A stretch of DNA of 64,000 bases from a virus (Duplodnaviria; Caudoviricetes). The notes beneath the pieces were generated by a model, which saw only the letters and a list, made by a program, of their open reading frames with translations, ran no database searches and was not told the origin of the DNA. This document shows, in pieces, positions 1 to 8,716 of the stretch; position 1 is the first letter of the stretch; each line of letters opens with the position of its first letter. The stretch covers positions 277,435-341,434 of the IMG/VR virus record IMGVR_UViG_3300005512_000001. The stretch is one strand, 5' to 3'. Position numbers and translations under genes: made by a program.

Positions 1-55
1 GGATGCGAAGCCAATGAGACTGATAGATTAACGCCAGACCATGCTGATTTGACCA

Positions 56-421
56 TCAAAAACGATGGGAGTATTGAAGATTTGAGAGCGCGATTAACAA
101 CACTACTATCCCAATTGCAATTGCAGAAATAATGAGTGCTTTGCGCCAATTTCTTGGATTTTCTGCCTCTGGTGTTTTTGCCTTGTTTATGTGCCGTCTG
201 AGAATCTCTAATTTTGATTCAATCTTCTTGAGTCGTCTGAACTCGATATAATCAATTTTTGTTAGTTCTTTGACCACTAGGCCGGTTCGTGACAATTCTA
301 ATATTGCCATCTCATACCGATCGCTTTCGATGGCCCCCTCATAATACTTATCTATACCGTCATCTTTGTATTTAATGTCAGAACCATAAGCTTTCCATTT
401 GAAGTAGGGCATAATCTTCAA
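56..421 (-). CDS. Membrane protein with PilC/GspF-like N-terminal motif
   Basis: MPYFKWKA..YEGAIES..AILELSRTGLVVKEL resembles the N-terminus of type IV pilus PilC/GspF proteins; C-terminal hydrophobic helix. Confidence 0.5.
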   Translation of the reverse strand: MKIMPYFKWKAYGSDIKYKDDGIDKYYEGAIESDRYEMAILELSRTGLVVKELTKIDYIEFRRLKKIESKLEILRRHINKAKTPEAENPRNWRKALIISAIAIGIVVLLIALSNLQYSHRF

Positions 422-429
422 ATACAGGA

Positions 430-957
430 GTGGAAATGCAAGAGCAAAAGATGCCTAGAAAATTGCTAGCACAGTATGACCAAGATATTGAATGGAGATT
501 GAGCTATGCGAAACTTGGTGATGTTGGTTTAGATTTACCGATTAGGGTTGCTGGGTCTGTAGTACAGCCTATCGAATTTAGTCACCTCATTAAACCTAAT
601 GGTGATGTTGATGACACCACACCATGGCTTGAGGTGCCGCCTGGTGGCTATGCCGAAATAGAGACTGGTGTGCGTGTAAAAGTTCCAGATGATGCGTGGG
701 CTTTGATTACGGGTAGGTCTTCGACGGCCTGGAGACAGCGATTGGTTGTGGTGCAAGGCGTTATTGACTCCGGTTATACTGGCTATCTCCGCACTCTTGT
801 TTATAACCCAAGTAATATTATCAAACGTGTACATGAGGGCGATAGATTGGCCCAATTAATCGTTCTGAAAAAATACGAGCTTGATTGTATTGAAGCGGTT
901 GATGAGCTGCCAGAAACTCAACGCGGAGACTCTGGTTTTGGTTCCACAGGAGCTTGA
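430..957 (+). CDS. dut: Trimeric dUTPase
   Basis: Motifs GLDL, GRSS, GVIDSGYTG, RLAQL, RGDSGFGSTG. Confidence 0.95.
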   Translation: MEMQEQKMPRKLLAQYDQDIEWRLSYAKLGDVGLDLPIRVAGSVVQPIEFSHLIKPNGDVDDTTPWLEVPPGGYAEIETGVRVKVPDDAWALITGRSSTAWRQRLVVVQGVIDSGYTGYLRTLVYNPSNIIKRVHEGDRLAQLIVLKKYELDCIEAVDELPETQRGDSGFGSTGA

Positions 958-958
958 T

Positions 959-1261
959 ATGCAAGAAAAGAAATATATAGTACTATATGCTCGGGTTGTT
1001 GACGATAAAGAGATGGGTGCTATAATGACCGGCATATTTCTCGGTGGTGTTCGTGACACTGAGGAAGAGGCAGATGAACTAGCTACCAAATGTGTATCGG
1101 AGACGCAAGGTGGTATAATCATACCCAAAGTTGTCCGCATGAATACAGATAACCTATTAGATATGATACATAATATCGAAGAACAGTTTGAGCAGATGGC
1201 CGATAGTATGTATGAGAACGAGAAGACCTATAATAATAGCAACAAAAAACACAGACTCTAG
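959..1261 (+). CDS. Hypothetical protein
   Basis: ATG immediately after dut stop; intact 100-aa ORF. Confidence 0.65.
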   Translation: MQEKKYIVLYARVVDDKEMGAIMTGIFLGGVRDTEEEADELATKCVSETQGGIIIPKVVRMNTDNLLDMIHNIEEQFEQMADSMYENEKTYNNSNKKHRL

Positions 1262-2766
1262 CTCAATTCTAACTGACCTTTTATAGCACATTTATGGCAT
1301 TTATATTTATTGTTTTTGGAAATATTATTCCGATAAGATTTTAATTTGATTTTGTTGTGAGTACCACACTCGCAGATTGCTTCTATTATTTTGTCCCAAT
1401 TGATATTAGAATTTGTTCTATTGTTATAAATTCCTTTATTCCAGCTCTCTTTAATACTACATGAATGACACATGTACCCGCCATGTTTATGTATTGCTCT
1501 TTGTAGGGCCTTATGGGACGCCTCAAATTCATTGCCGCATAATAGGCATTTAGTTTTAGGCGCAGTGGTTTTTACTTTTGGACGACATATTGGAGCATTT
1601 AACCAATATATAAATCGTTTTTTTGGCTCCGTATTTATTTTTGTTAAGCTATTTGCAATTGCATAATCAGATTCTTTGGACCCCATTTTTGTAGCATAAT
1701 CCCATATTGTCTTTTTATGGATTATGCATTTATTTCTATCGACATAATAATAAGACGGCCGCGTCTCTCCATCATATTCCCAATTAGAGGCTTTATAAAT
1801 ACTGCCAGAATACCCGAAGTGCGGGTCAGCAAACGAAACTAACAATGTAGCGTCACTTTCTTTTTTTAATAATTTGATTGTTTGGCTAATGGCCCAACTA
1901 GCTAGATTTTTAACGTGATATTTATCATGAATTGCAAACCTAGCTAGCTCCAGAATCTTAGATATGGGTTGCCCATGCTTCTTGCACACTGTGTTGTAGC
2001 TTGGGTGAGCATAGACTAATGATGCTATTAATAGGTTCGAATTATATACTCCATATATAAATTTTGAATTTTTTCTGAATTTAGGCAGATAATGGAAACG
2101 ATGGAAAAATTCATTAGCTATCTGTATTGGAATCGTTTTGCATTCTAAATTATGTATATTTATTGTTATTTGTTTTATGTTTTTATCTGTTATTTTCCTG
2201 AGAAATTTTTCTATGGCTCCTTTTTTTATGGTTTCTAAATCATCGATATAATACAATTTGAGGCTTTGATAATTGTTGGATATAAATGCCTGCTTAGCTA
2301 TGTCGCGAGATATGTTTTGGGGTTGAGAGTGCCAATATCTACCTTGTACTTCTAATAATATTTTATAGTCTGCAAGATAAAAATCGAATATATATGGGCC
2401 AAATTCACACTGTTTTTTGTATCTAATATCTAATGATTGCAATACTGATTCTACAGCCAATTCGGGTTTAGTGTCTGAGATTGGTATTAAAGATTGTGGC
2501 AATTCTTTGCGTTTGCGTTTTTCCCAAACTTTTTTGCCATTTTCAGATGCTCGTTGCTTGTGTAAATCAGATGAGAAGTAGGCTTTTCGTTTTTCGGCAG
2601 CTTGTTTAGTAAATAGTCCTCTCCCGCGATTGCGGGGCTTTTTAGCTGCCTCTATCATTTTATGGGATGGGTTTTCCCATCGTTTACGTAATGATTTGGA
2701 AAGTTTGCATCTGCTGCAATTTTGGTTTTCCCCCTTAATTGCACCACATATACAAATATCTGACAT
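1258..2766 (-). CDS. Vsr/DUF559-like endonuclease fused to Mom-like (GNAT) acetyltransferase domain and Zn ribbons
   Basis: TKPE..YIFDFY..LLEVQGRYWH (Vsr/DUF559); ELARF..NLASWAIS..LVSFADP..GSIYKASNWEYDGET (Mom-like); CxxC pairs. Confidence 0.7.
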   Translation of the reverse strand: MSDICICGAIKGENQNCSRCKLSKSLRKRWENPSHKMIEAAKKPRNRGRGLFTKQAAEKRKAYFSSDLHKQRASENGKKVWEKRKRKELPQSLIPISDTKPELAVESVLQSLDIRYKKQCEFGPYIFDFYLADYKILLEVQGRYWHSQPQNISRDIAKQAFISNNYQSLKLYYIDDLETIKKGAIEKFLRKITDKNIKQITINIHNLECKTIPIQIANEFFHRFHYLPKFRKNSKFIYGVYNSNLLIASLVYAHPSYNTVCKKHGQPISKILELARFAIHDKYHVKNLASWAISQTIKLLKKESDATLLVSFADPHFGYSGSIYKASNWEYDGETRPSYYYVDRNKCIIHKKTIWDYATKMGSKESDYAIANSLTKINTEPKKRFIYWLNAPICRPKVKTTAPKTKCLLCGNEFEASHKALQRAIHKHGGYMCHSCSIKESWNKGIYNNRTNSNINWDKIIEAICECGTHNKIKLKSYRNNISKNNKYKCHKCAIKGQLELS

Positions 2767-2797
2767 AATAGAATCCTCTTCTATTATGTACTTTTGA

Positions 2798-5173
2798 CTA
2801 AGATAGTTCGAGTTGACCGAGGGAGAATTCTGAGAACTGATGTAGCTTTGACCTCAGAATTACTCTGCGTACTTTAGAACCTGGCCATAACCTCAAACCG
2901 AATTTGCCATACTTGACCACATCTGTGATTGTATAATATGGGTTGCCTGTATCTGCTGGCAACAATAAGTTATTCCACCACATCCAGACCTGGCCCTCAT
3001 TCACCATGATTTTCAGAACGTTGTAATATTCTACTGTAGAAACAACTCCGCCATTTAAGATATAGAATCCGGATTCACTGGTGGTGATGCCTGATGTGGT
3101 TGTTTCAGCCTCACCGTTCTGCCAGTAAACTGAGCCATCTTCTGATGATGAAAAATCTTGTATAAAATTATCTGCAATATCAGTTGGGCTAGTTGATTCT
3201 AAGTTGTATTCGGTTCCCATATCGAGCGTACCAACTATTGGCTGCATTTCGATATCATGGCTGTTTATGTTGTGCCTAAACTGCAACCTAGCAGCAGTTG
3301 TGGTATATTCTTCATGGAGAATTTCTACGACTGTTCCGGCAGCTGGTAGCGGGTCATTTGTTGCCAGATAAATAGCAGCACCAGCACTACTTGGAAGTTT
3401 CGCGGCATATTGCACTGTCTGGCCATATGTAAATGAGCCATCAAACATCAGGACCTTGATTGCGCCCCTTGATGGTAGGTCATGCCAGTTCACACCCATC
3501 AATTGCACCCAGCTCATGCCGCTATATTGCCCGGTATTAAATGCACCTGTGTCTGTTATTGTTGCATATTTTGTGTCTACTGTCGAAATCGGTGCTCTAA
3601 ATAACACATCGACTGGTGGGAATAATACACCAGCGGTCGACTCAACCGGCCTGGAAAAATGGACCTCCATCAAGGCATTACGCAGACTTGCTCGGTGCCA
3701 TATGAAAATTGGCCTTTGAATGTTAGACCCGTTATCGTCATCTACCACTTCTAAGTGCCTGCGGTCCGGGGTTGTACCAGCACCAACAGTGTTGACGATG
3801 GAAAAAGTATAATTCGCTTGCCCAGAAGCTGGTATCACACTATCTGGTTCGGTTCCGACGCCATCTGATACAAACACCAACATCGGGTCGTCCATATTAG
3901 TGACGCCCCATTCATTCGGGTCTATTAATGATATATCATTGACGCTATCGCTTGGCTCTGTTGGGGCAGAATCATCCTCTGGTCTGAGTTCGATTGTATT
4001 CCCAAATTCGACTGCACCTAGTGTTGCCCACAATCCATTTACGTTGATGGTTGTCTCTTTGCAGTAATAGCAAGTAGTCGACCCACAATTTATAGACCAC
4101 ACATCAATGAATTGTCCTAGTGGCAATACAGTGCCAAGAGCGGAATCCAATATTAGCGTATCGTCATCTAAGTCCCATTGGAGTACATTGGTTACAGTGA
4201 ACTCATCACCTTTCACCGCCTGGCCTGTTATATCCCATAGCTTCGCTTTATATTGGTTTGTGGATAGAACACTTGAGGTGTAACCAGTGATCACACCCAT
4301 CTGCTTTGTGATTGAGCTGCCTTTATATAGCAGGGCACCTAGCAGGCCAGGCTCAGAATCTCCACTTAACTTGAAGTCTATCCTATTGCCATCGTCATCG
4401 GTTCCGACGTACCACACGCATTCTGGAGTGCCAGTGGCACCTGGTGTGAATGCCCAACCAACGACACCGACACCATTTTCATTGCGTTTTAGAACCACAT
4501 CAACTTCTGCTTCATTTGCGCTAGTCATACCATCATCGTAGCGTTTGAAGATAAATGTTGGGTAGTCGCCTTTATTACCAAGCGTACTATATGTCGAATT
4601 TGGATTTATAACTGTAGATTCTGGGAATAGATATACTTTCAGCTCACCATATGAATTTATATTAGGAAGCTTGCCGCCACATGATGGCGGCCTTAATGCG
4701 TTGGCTTCAGTTTCATCTTGTATCCAATAGACTTGGAAACATTCCTCAGCAGCACAAGTGAAAGGTGCTGGGACATCAACAATAAATCGGATTACATTGC
4801 CGACGCGTTCTAGGCTTATGAATTCACTACCAGCTGCTAGTACAATATCGCCTTGCAACCATCCACCATCGTCGGGGAATCCAGCCCCTTGGAATCCCAA
4901 GACGCCTAAGCGTGTGCCGACAATTTCATCTAACTTACATTTGTCGTTTGCCGACATTAATCCGGGAGTATTGCATGAAGCATCTGGAACCGGGTCTTGG
5001 CTTACGTGCGTTGCGCCATGAGTGTTGCTGGCGGTTATCAGGCTCTCTCTGATGTAGAACATCCGTTGCTGACTATCATATTGATATGTCAGATTGGTAT
5101 TGTCTGGCCCCAGTATTTGAACCAGCTGGCCATCAATATAGGTGCTATATGGCTGAAGTTTGTTATCTACCAT
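2798..5173 (-). CDS. Virion structural/tail protein
   Basis: 791 aa, acidic, G/T/S-rich; GLMSANDKCKLD motif typical of tail-fibre proteins. Confidence 0.6.
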   Translation of the reverse strand: MVDNKLQPYSTYIDGQLVQILGPDNTNLTYQYDSQQRMFYIRESLITASNTHGATHVSQDPVPDASCNTPGLMSANDKCKLDEIVGTRLGVLGFQGAGFPDDGGWLQGDIVLAAGSEFISLERVGNVIRFIVDVPAPFTCAAEECFQVYWIQDETEANALRPPSCGGKLPNINSYGELKVYLFPESTVINPNSTYSTLGNKGDYPTFIFKRYDDGMTSANEAEVDVVLKRNENGVGVVGWAFTPGATGTPECVWYVGTDDDGNRIDFKLSGDSEPGLLGALLYKGSSITKQMGVITGYTSSVLSTNQYKAKLWDITGQAVKGDEFTVTNVLQWDLDDDTLILDSALGTVLPLGQFIDVWSINCGSTTCYYCKETTINVNGLWATLGAVEFGNTIELRPEDDSAPTEPSDSVNDISLIDPNEWGVTNMDDPMLVFVSDGVGTEPDSVIPASGQANYTFSIVNTVGAGTTPDRRHLEVVDDDNGSNIQRPIFIWHRASLRNALMEVHFSRPVESTAGVLFPPVDVLFRAPISTVDTKYATITDTGAFNTGQYSGMSWVQLMGVNWHDLPSRGAIKVLMFDGSFTYGQTVQYAAKLPSSAGAAIYLATNDPLPAAGTVVEILHEEYTTTAARLQFRHNINSHDIEMQPIVGTLDMGTEYNLESTSPTDIADNFIQDFSSSEDGSVYWQNGEAETTTSGITTSESGFYILNGGVVSTVEYYNVLKIMVNEGQVWMWWNNLLLPADTGNPYYTITDVVKYGKFGLRLWPGSKVRRVILRSKLHQFSEFSLGQLELS

Positions 5174-5212
5174 CAGTTATCTCCAAATTCCTATAATATT
5201 TTTGCAGAACTG

Positions 5213-6322
5213 CTATCCCAGATATATAAATAAATACTCTAACTTACGGTCTGACCGAATTGGCAATATTTTAATTTTGATTGCTTTAGTGGGTTTGAGT
5301 ACACTTGATAGCTGTTTGTGTTGTGTAGTTGGTACAAACACCAACATATCTTTGCATATGCTACGAAGATACTTAATTCTGTCTATCTGCAACTCTTTGA
5401 AATTGTTATCTACTACCAATAAATCGTGTGGTTTGGTAGATTTCACTACCTCTACGCCTATCCGATTTATTAATTCTATTGGTGGTCTGGTGCCATTTAG
5501 AGTGGCATACTTGCACCCTAGCATCCACGAAGACAATATTTTCTCATGTAAATTTGGTGATGCGTCGACCAACACTCTGTGACGGTCGATATTGAATAGT
5601 TGTTTTATGACAATACCAAATATTGATGGGTCGTGCCATTTTGGGCCGTAGCCAGACCCGTATAACATTGAATGAATTGTGGTTATATTAAAATCCCATT
5701 TCTTTTTGCATAATAATTTTTGCAATGCCGAGAACAATATCTTGCTGTTTGAAAATGCGTTAGATAATGTTTTGCGTTCGTCATCTCTATACATATGTGA
5801 GATATCGTAGTATTTTTCAATGATGGGCCTGCCAGGTCTGGGGTGTTTGCGGACTGCTGCATATAAATCGACTATATTATGGAAATAAATATGATTTACG
5901 TTTGCCAGCCATTTTAATTCAGCATCTATCATGGACTCTGTAATATGCGGTTTTATGTAATCGCCGGAGATCAATATCTCTATAAGGTGTTGAATCAGCA
6001 GCTCTTTTTCTATATAACTTAAATCATTAATTCGGTTTCGTGGTATGTGGAAATATTTGGATAATTTTGATTCCTCGCCACTAAATGGACCCCATGTGAA
6101 TTCATAGTCTAATTTTACTGGCCAATTGCATCGTTTATCGTCTTTCGAAATCTGGCTAGACCAAATGCGGCGTTTTACATAATTGTATATATAACTCCTT
6201 TTAAACCCAGTATTATATTGGACCCTTATCCGGTCATTGTATAGATGCGCATATTTCACCGGACTTGCTTCTTGTAATTCACGGGCTAGTCTTCTAACCC
6301 AATATGGAAAGTTATAACTCAT
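5213..6322 (-). CDS. Hypothetical protein; probable degenerate paralog of the methyltransferase domain of 18241-20118
   Basis: VLVDASPNLHEKILSSWMLGCKY aligns by eye with VFDPCGGWGGRLIGAYIDGVNY. Confidence 0.45.
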   Translation of the reverse strand: MSYNFPYWVRRLARELQEASPVKYAHLYNDRIRVQYNTGFKRSYIYNYVKRRIWSSQISKDDKRCNWPVKLDYEFTWGPFSGEESKLSKYFHIPRNRINDLSYIEKELLIQHLIEILISGDYIKPHITESMIDAELKWLANVNHIYFHNIVDLYAAVRKHPRPGRPIIEKYYDISHMYRDDERKTLSNAFSNSKILFSALQKLLCKKKWDFNITTIHSMLYGSGYGPKWHDPSIFGIVIKQLFNIDRHRVLVDASPNLHEKILSSWMLGCKYATLNGTRPPIELINRIGVEVVKSTKPHDLLVVDNNFKELQIDRIKYLRSICKDMLVFVPTTQHKQLSSVLKPTKAIKIKILPIRSDRKLEYLFIYLG

Positions 6323-6770
6323 TCAAGAGGTCTACTATTGATTGAGGAATAGGCGGTTCTTTTGTTTTATTTATTAGACGCCCGATTTTATGTCTTGAAC
6401 AATTTAGCAATTTGCTCAATTGCCGCTTGCTGATTCCAAGCTCTTCATTGCATTTTAACAACCATTCTGGCTTCGTGTCCCAGTCATCTGGGATGTTAAT
6501 ATTTGGTAATGGTTTGCTGTCCGGTATATATAATGGCCTTCTTCTGGTGCTAGTGATGATACTGCCATCTATCTCTGTTATAATTATTGGATTGACTCTA
6601 GCTTTGCGTATCCATTTTTTGATAGTGGCTTTTGTGCGGCCAGCTATCTGGCAATGCTCGTGCAATGTTAATTCTGGATACTCTTCAAACCATTGTCTTA
6701 ATTTTAATGGGTCTGAAGTATCTACAGAATCAAAAATTTTTTGAAATTCTATTAATTCGTCGTGATCCAT
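6312..6770 (-). CDS. Helix-turn-helix protein
   Basis: Two HTH-like segments (LHEHCQIAGRTKATIKKW; SKRQLSKLLNCSRHKIGRL); start placed at MDHDEL. Confidence 0.55.
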   Translation of the reverse strand: MDHDELIEFQKIFDSVDTSDPLKLRQWFEEYPELTLHEHCQIAGRTKATIKKWIRKARVNPIIITEIDGSIITSTRRRPLYIPDSKPLPNINIPDDWDTKPEWLLKCNEELGISKRQLSKLLNCSRHKIGRLINKTKEPPIPQSIVDLLNEL

Positions 6771-6983
6771 TGTTATATATATATATATACAAGAAGCGTT
6801 AGTTCTAATTAGATTTGTGAATATAAAATTAACCACAATAATAATTTAGGAATATTAATCAAAGATACGATATATTGTGTGATTGTGTAAATTAGGGTAG
6901 ATAAAAAGAGCTGCTGCTAAGGCTTAGCGATATTTTAATAAGGACTCCTAATAATTAATCATAAATATGATGAGGTAAACTAA

Positions 6984-7457
6984 ATGGCCACTCATAAATC
7001 TAAGAATTATATTTTTATAGACCCTCTATGTGAATCTGATGATGTGTTTGAAGAATGTAATTTAATGCAGTTAGAATCAGGCACTGCGATTTGCAAAGGT
7101 AAGACTGGATTAATATTTAGAGAATGTAATCTAACAAATGCTGTAGTTCCTGAAGGTTCTACTGTTATAGGATGTAAGGTCAGTGACGCCGAATTTTGCT
7201 CCCACAAGCATCCAAAATGGGTTGATAAATTTGGGCTTACACGATGTAATATTCTTTGCGACCATCGGCAAGGCGATGAAAAGCAGTGGGTTGATGTTCC
7301 AAGGAAGCGATTCCGCATTTCGAAGAACCAAATAGATGGGCCAGTAACTCGCATAGTTCAAGAAACTGATGCTGACGGTGTTGTAGAGCAGGTCTTCCAG
7401 GCCAGGTTGTGGGTTTACGAAGATACGCGCATTCGCAGGAAGGATGCTACTAAATGA
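6984..7457 (+). CDS. Hypothetical protein
   Basis: RBS GAGG upstream; first gene of a coupled three-gene operon. Confidence 0.65.
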   Translation: MATHKSKNYIFIDPLCESDDVFEECNLMQLESGTAICKGKTGLIFRECNLTNAVVPEGSTVIGCKVSDAEFCSHKHPKWVDKFGLTRCNILCDHRQGDEKQWVDVPRKRFRISKNQIDGPVTRIVQETDADGVVEQVFQARLWVYEDTRIRRKDATK

Positions 7458-8716
7458 CCACTTATTTTTGTGATTTAGGACAAAATTCGTTTGTTGATTC
7501 CACAGGCGACCCGGATGGAGATGGTAGCGCCAACTATTATACCGGGCCAGGTGGTTTTTTGCAGTCGCTTACAGGATTCGGCAATGGCACTCAACTTGCT
7601 GCAGGAGATATCCTATACATCAAAGGAACTGGTTACATCGCCAGATTAGTAAAGATTGTAACTGGAAGCAGCCATGCCACTTGGGCGGCTGGAGATACAG
7701 TTCATGATACGCCATCGACGCCGGATTGGCAAGGCGATATTATTTGGGCGGAAAGCGACACAACGTTTTGGGTGTGGCTTGATGGGGCGTACTTGTGGAA
7801 TGACATTGATGACGCCGATGGCATAACCAATGACGATAGAGGTGCCGACCCTACTGATGCTGTAATGACTTCGACATGCTACGGCATTGAATTTCCAACT
7901 CTCTCCGGCGATACGACTGATGGGTGGATAAAATTTGTAGGTGTGAATAGTAGTTGGGCAGATGATGGAACTTATGCTGTGTTGGATGGTGAAGATGAGG
8001 CAGACCACTGCTTACATATGGAATCTGGCGTTACAAACGATATGTTGTGGTTTGAGAACATACGCACTACCCGCGCCGGTACTGGTTGGTATTTCCGTGG
8101 TTCTGCTAATTCCAATAATATAGTTATGCATTGCAAGTCTGATTTATGTTTTTATGGCACCGACTTTTACCGAGCCGCTGAACTAACGTGTTTGAATTTT
8201 GTCTGTACGGGGAGTACATCGGATGGTATGAGTGAAGGAATTTATGGGTATGATTCAATCTATGCTTTTTGTAAATCACACAATAATGGTGGCGTAGGGA
8301 TTGGTGGGAGTTCTTCCCGATTGGCGTTTTATGGTTGCTTGTGTTATGAGAATGTCGATAATTACGAATGTGATAATGGCTTATTCCTTAATTGTGTAGC
8401 TGATGGCGCAACATCAGATGGTATTGACCAACAAGGCGCAGATGTGCTTAGAACAATAGGTTGTAGAATAACAAACAGTACTGCGTGGGGAGTTGAATTT
8501 GCGACTACAGCCTCCATGCTCATCTCTGCATATAGCTATTTCGGCGGCAATAATGGAGTTGGAGACGATATAGATGGGATGTATGCTGATGTAGTTGGCA
8601 ACACATTCGATGGGTCTGAAACCGACCACGGGTATGTTGATTCAGCTAGTGATGATTACAACCTTGATAGCGATGAAGCTGCGGGTTACGCAGTGGCAAT
8701 TGATTTGGATGCATAA
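7454..8716 (+). CDS. Right-handed beta-helix (pectin-lyase-like) virion protein
   Basis: Acidic; repeating Cys/Asn-ladder motifs (CKSHNNGGVGI, NCVADG, GCRITNS); C-terminal DDYNL. Confidence 0.55.
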   Translation: MTTYFCDLGQNSFVDSTGDPDGDGSANYYTGPGGFLQSLTGFGNGTQLAAGDILYIKGTGYIARLVKIVTGSSHATWAAGDTVHDTPSTPDWQGDIIWAESDTTFWVWLDGAYLWNDIDDADGITNDDRGADPTDAVMTSTCYGIEFPTLSGDTTDGWIKFVGVNSSWADDGTYAVLDGEDEADHCLHMESGVTNDMLWFENIRTTRAGTGWYFRGSANSNNIVMHCKSDLCFYGTDFYRAAELTCLNFVCTGSTSDGMSEGIYGYDSIYAFCKSHNNGGVGIGGSSSRLAFYGCLCYENVDNYECDNGLFLNCVADGATSDGIDQQGADVLRTIGCRITNSTAWGVEFATTASMLISAYSYFGGNNGVGDDIDGMYADVVGNTFDGSETDHGYVDSASDDYNLDSDEAAGYAVAIDLDA

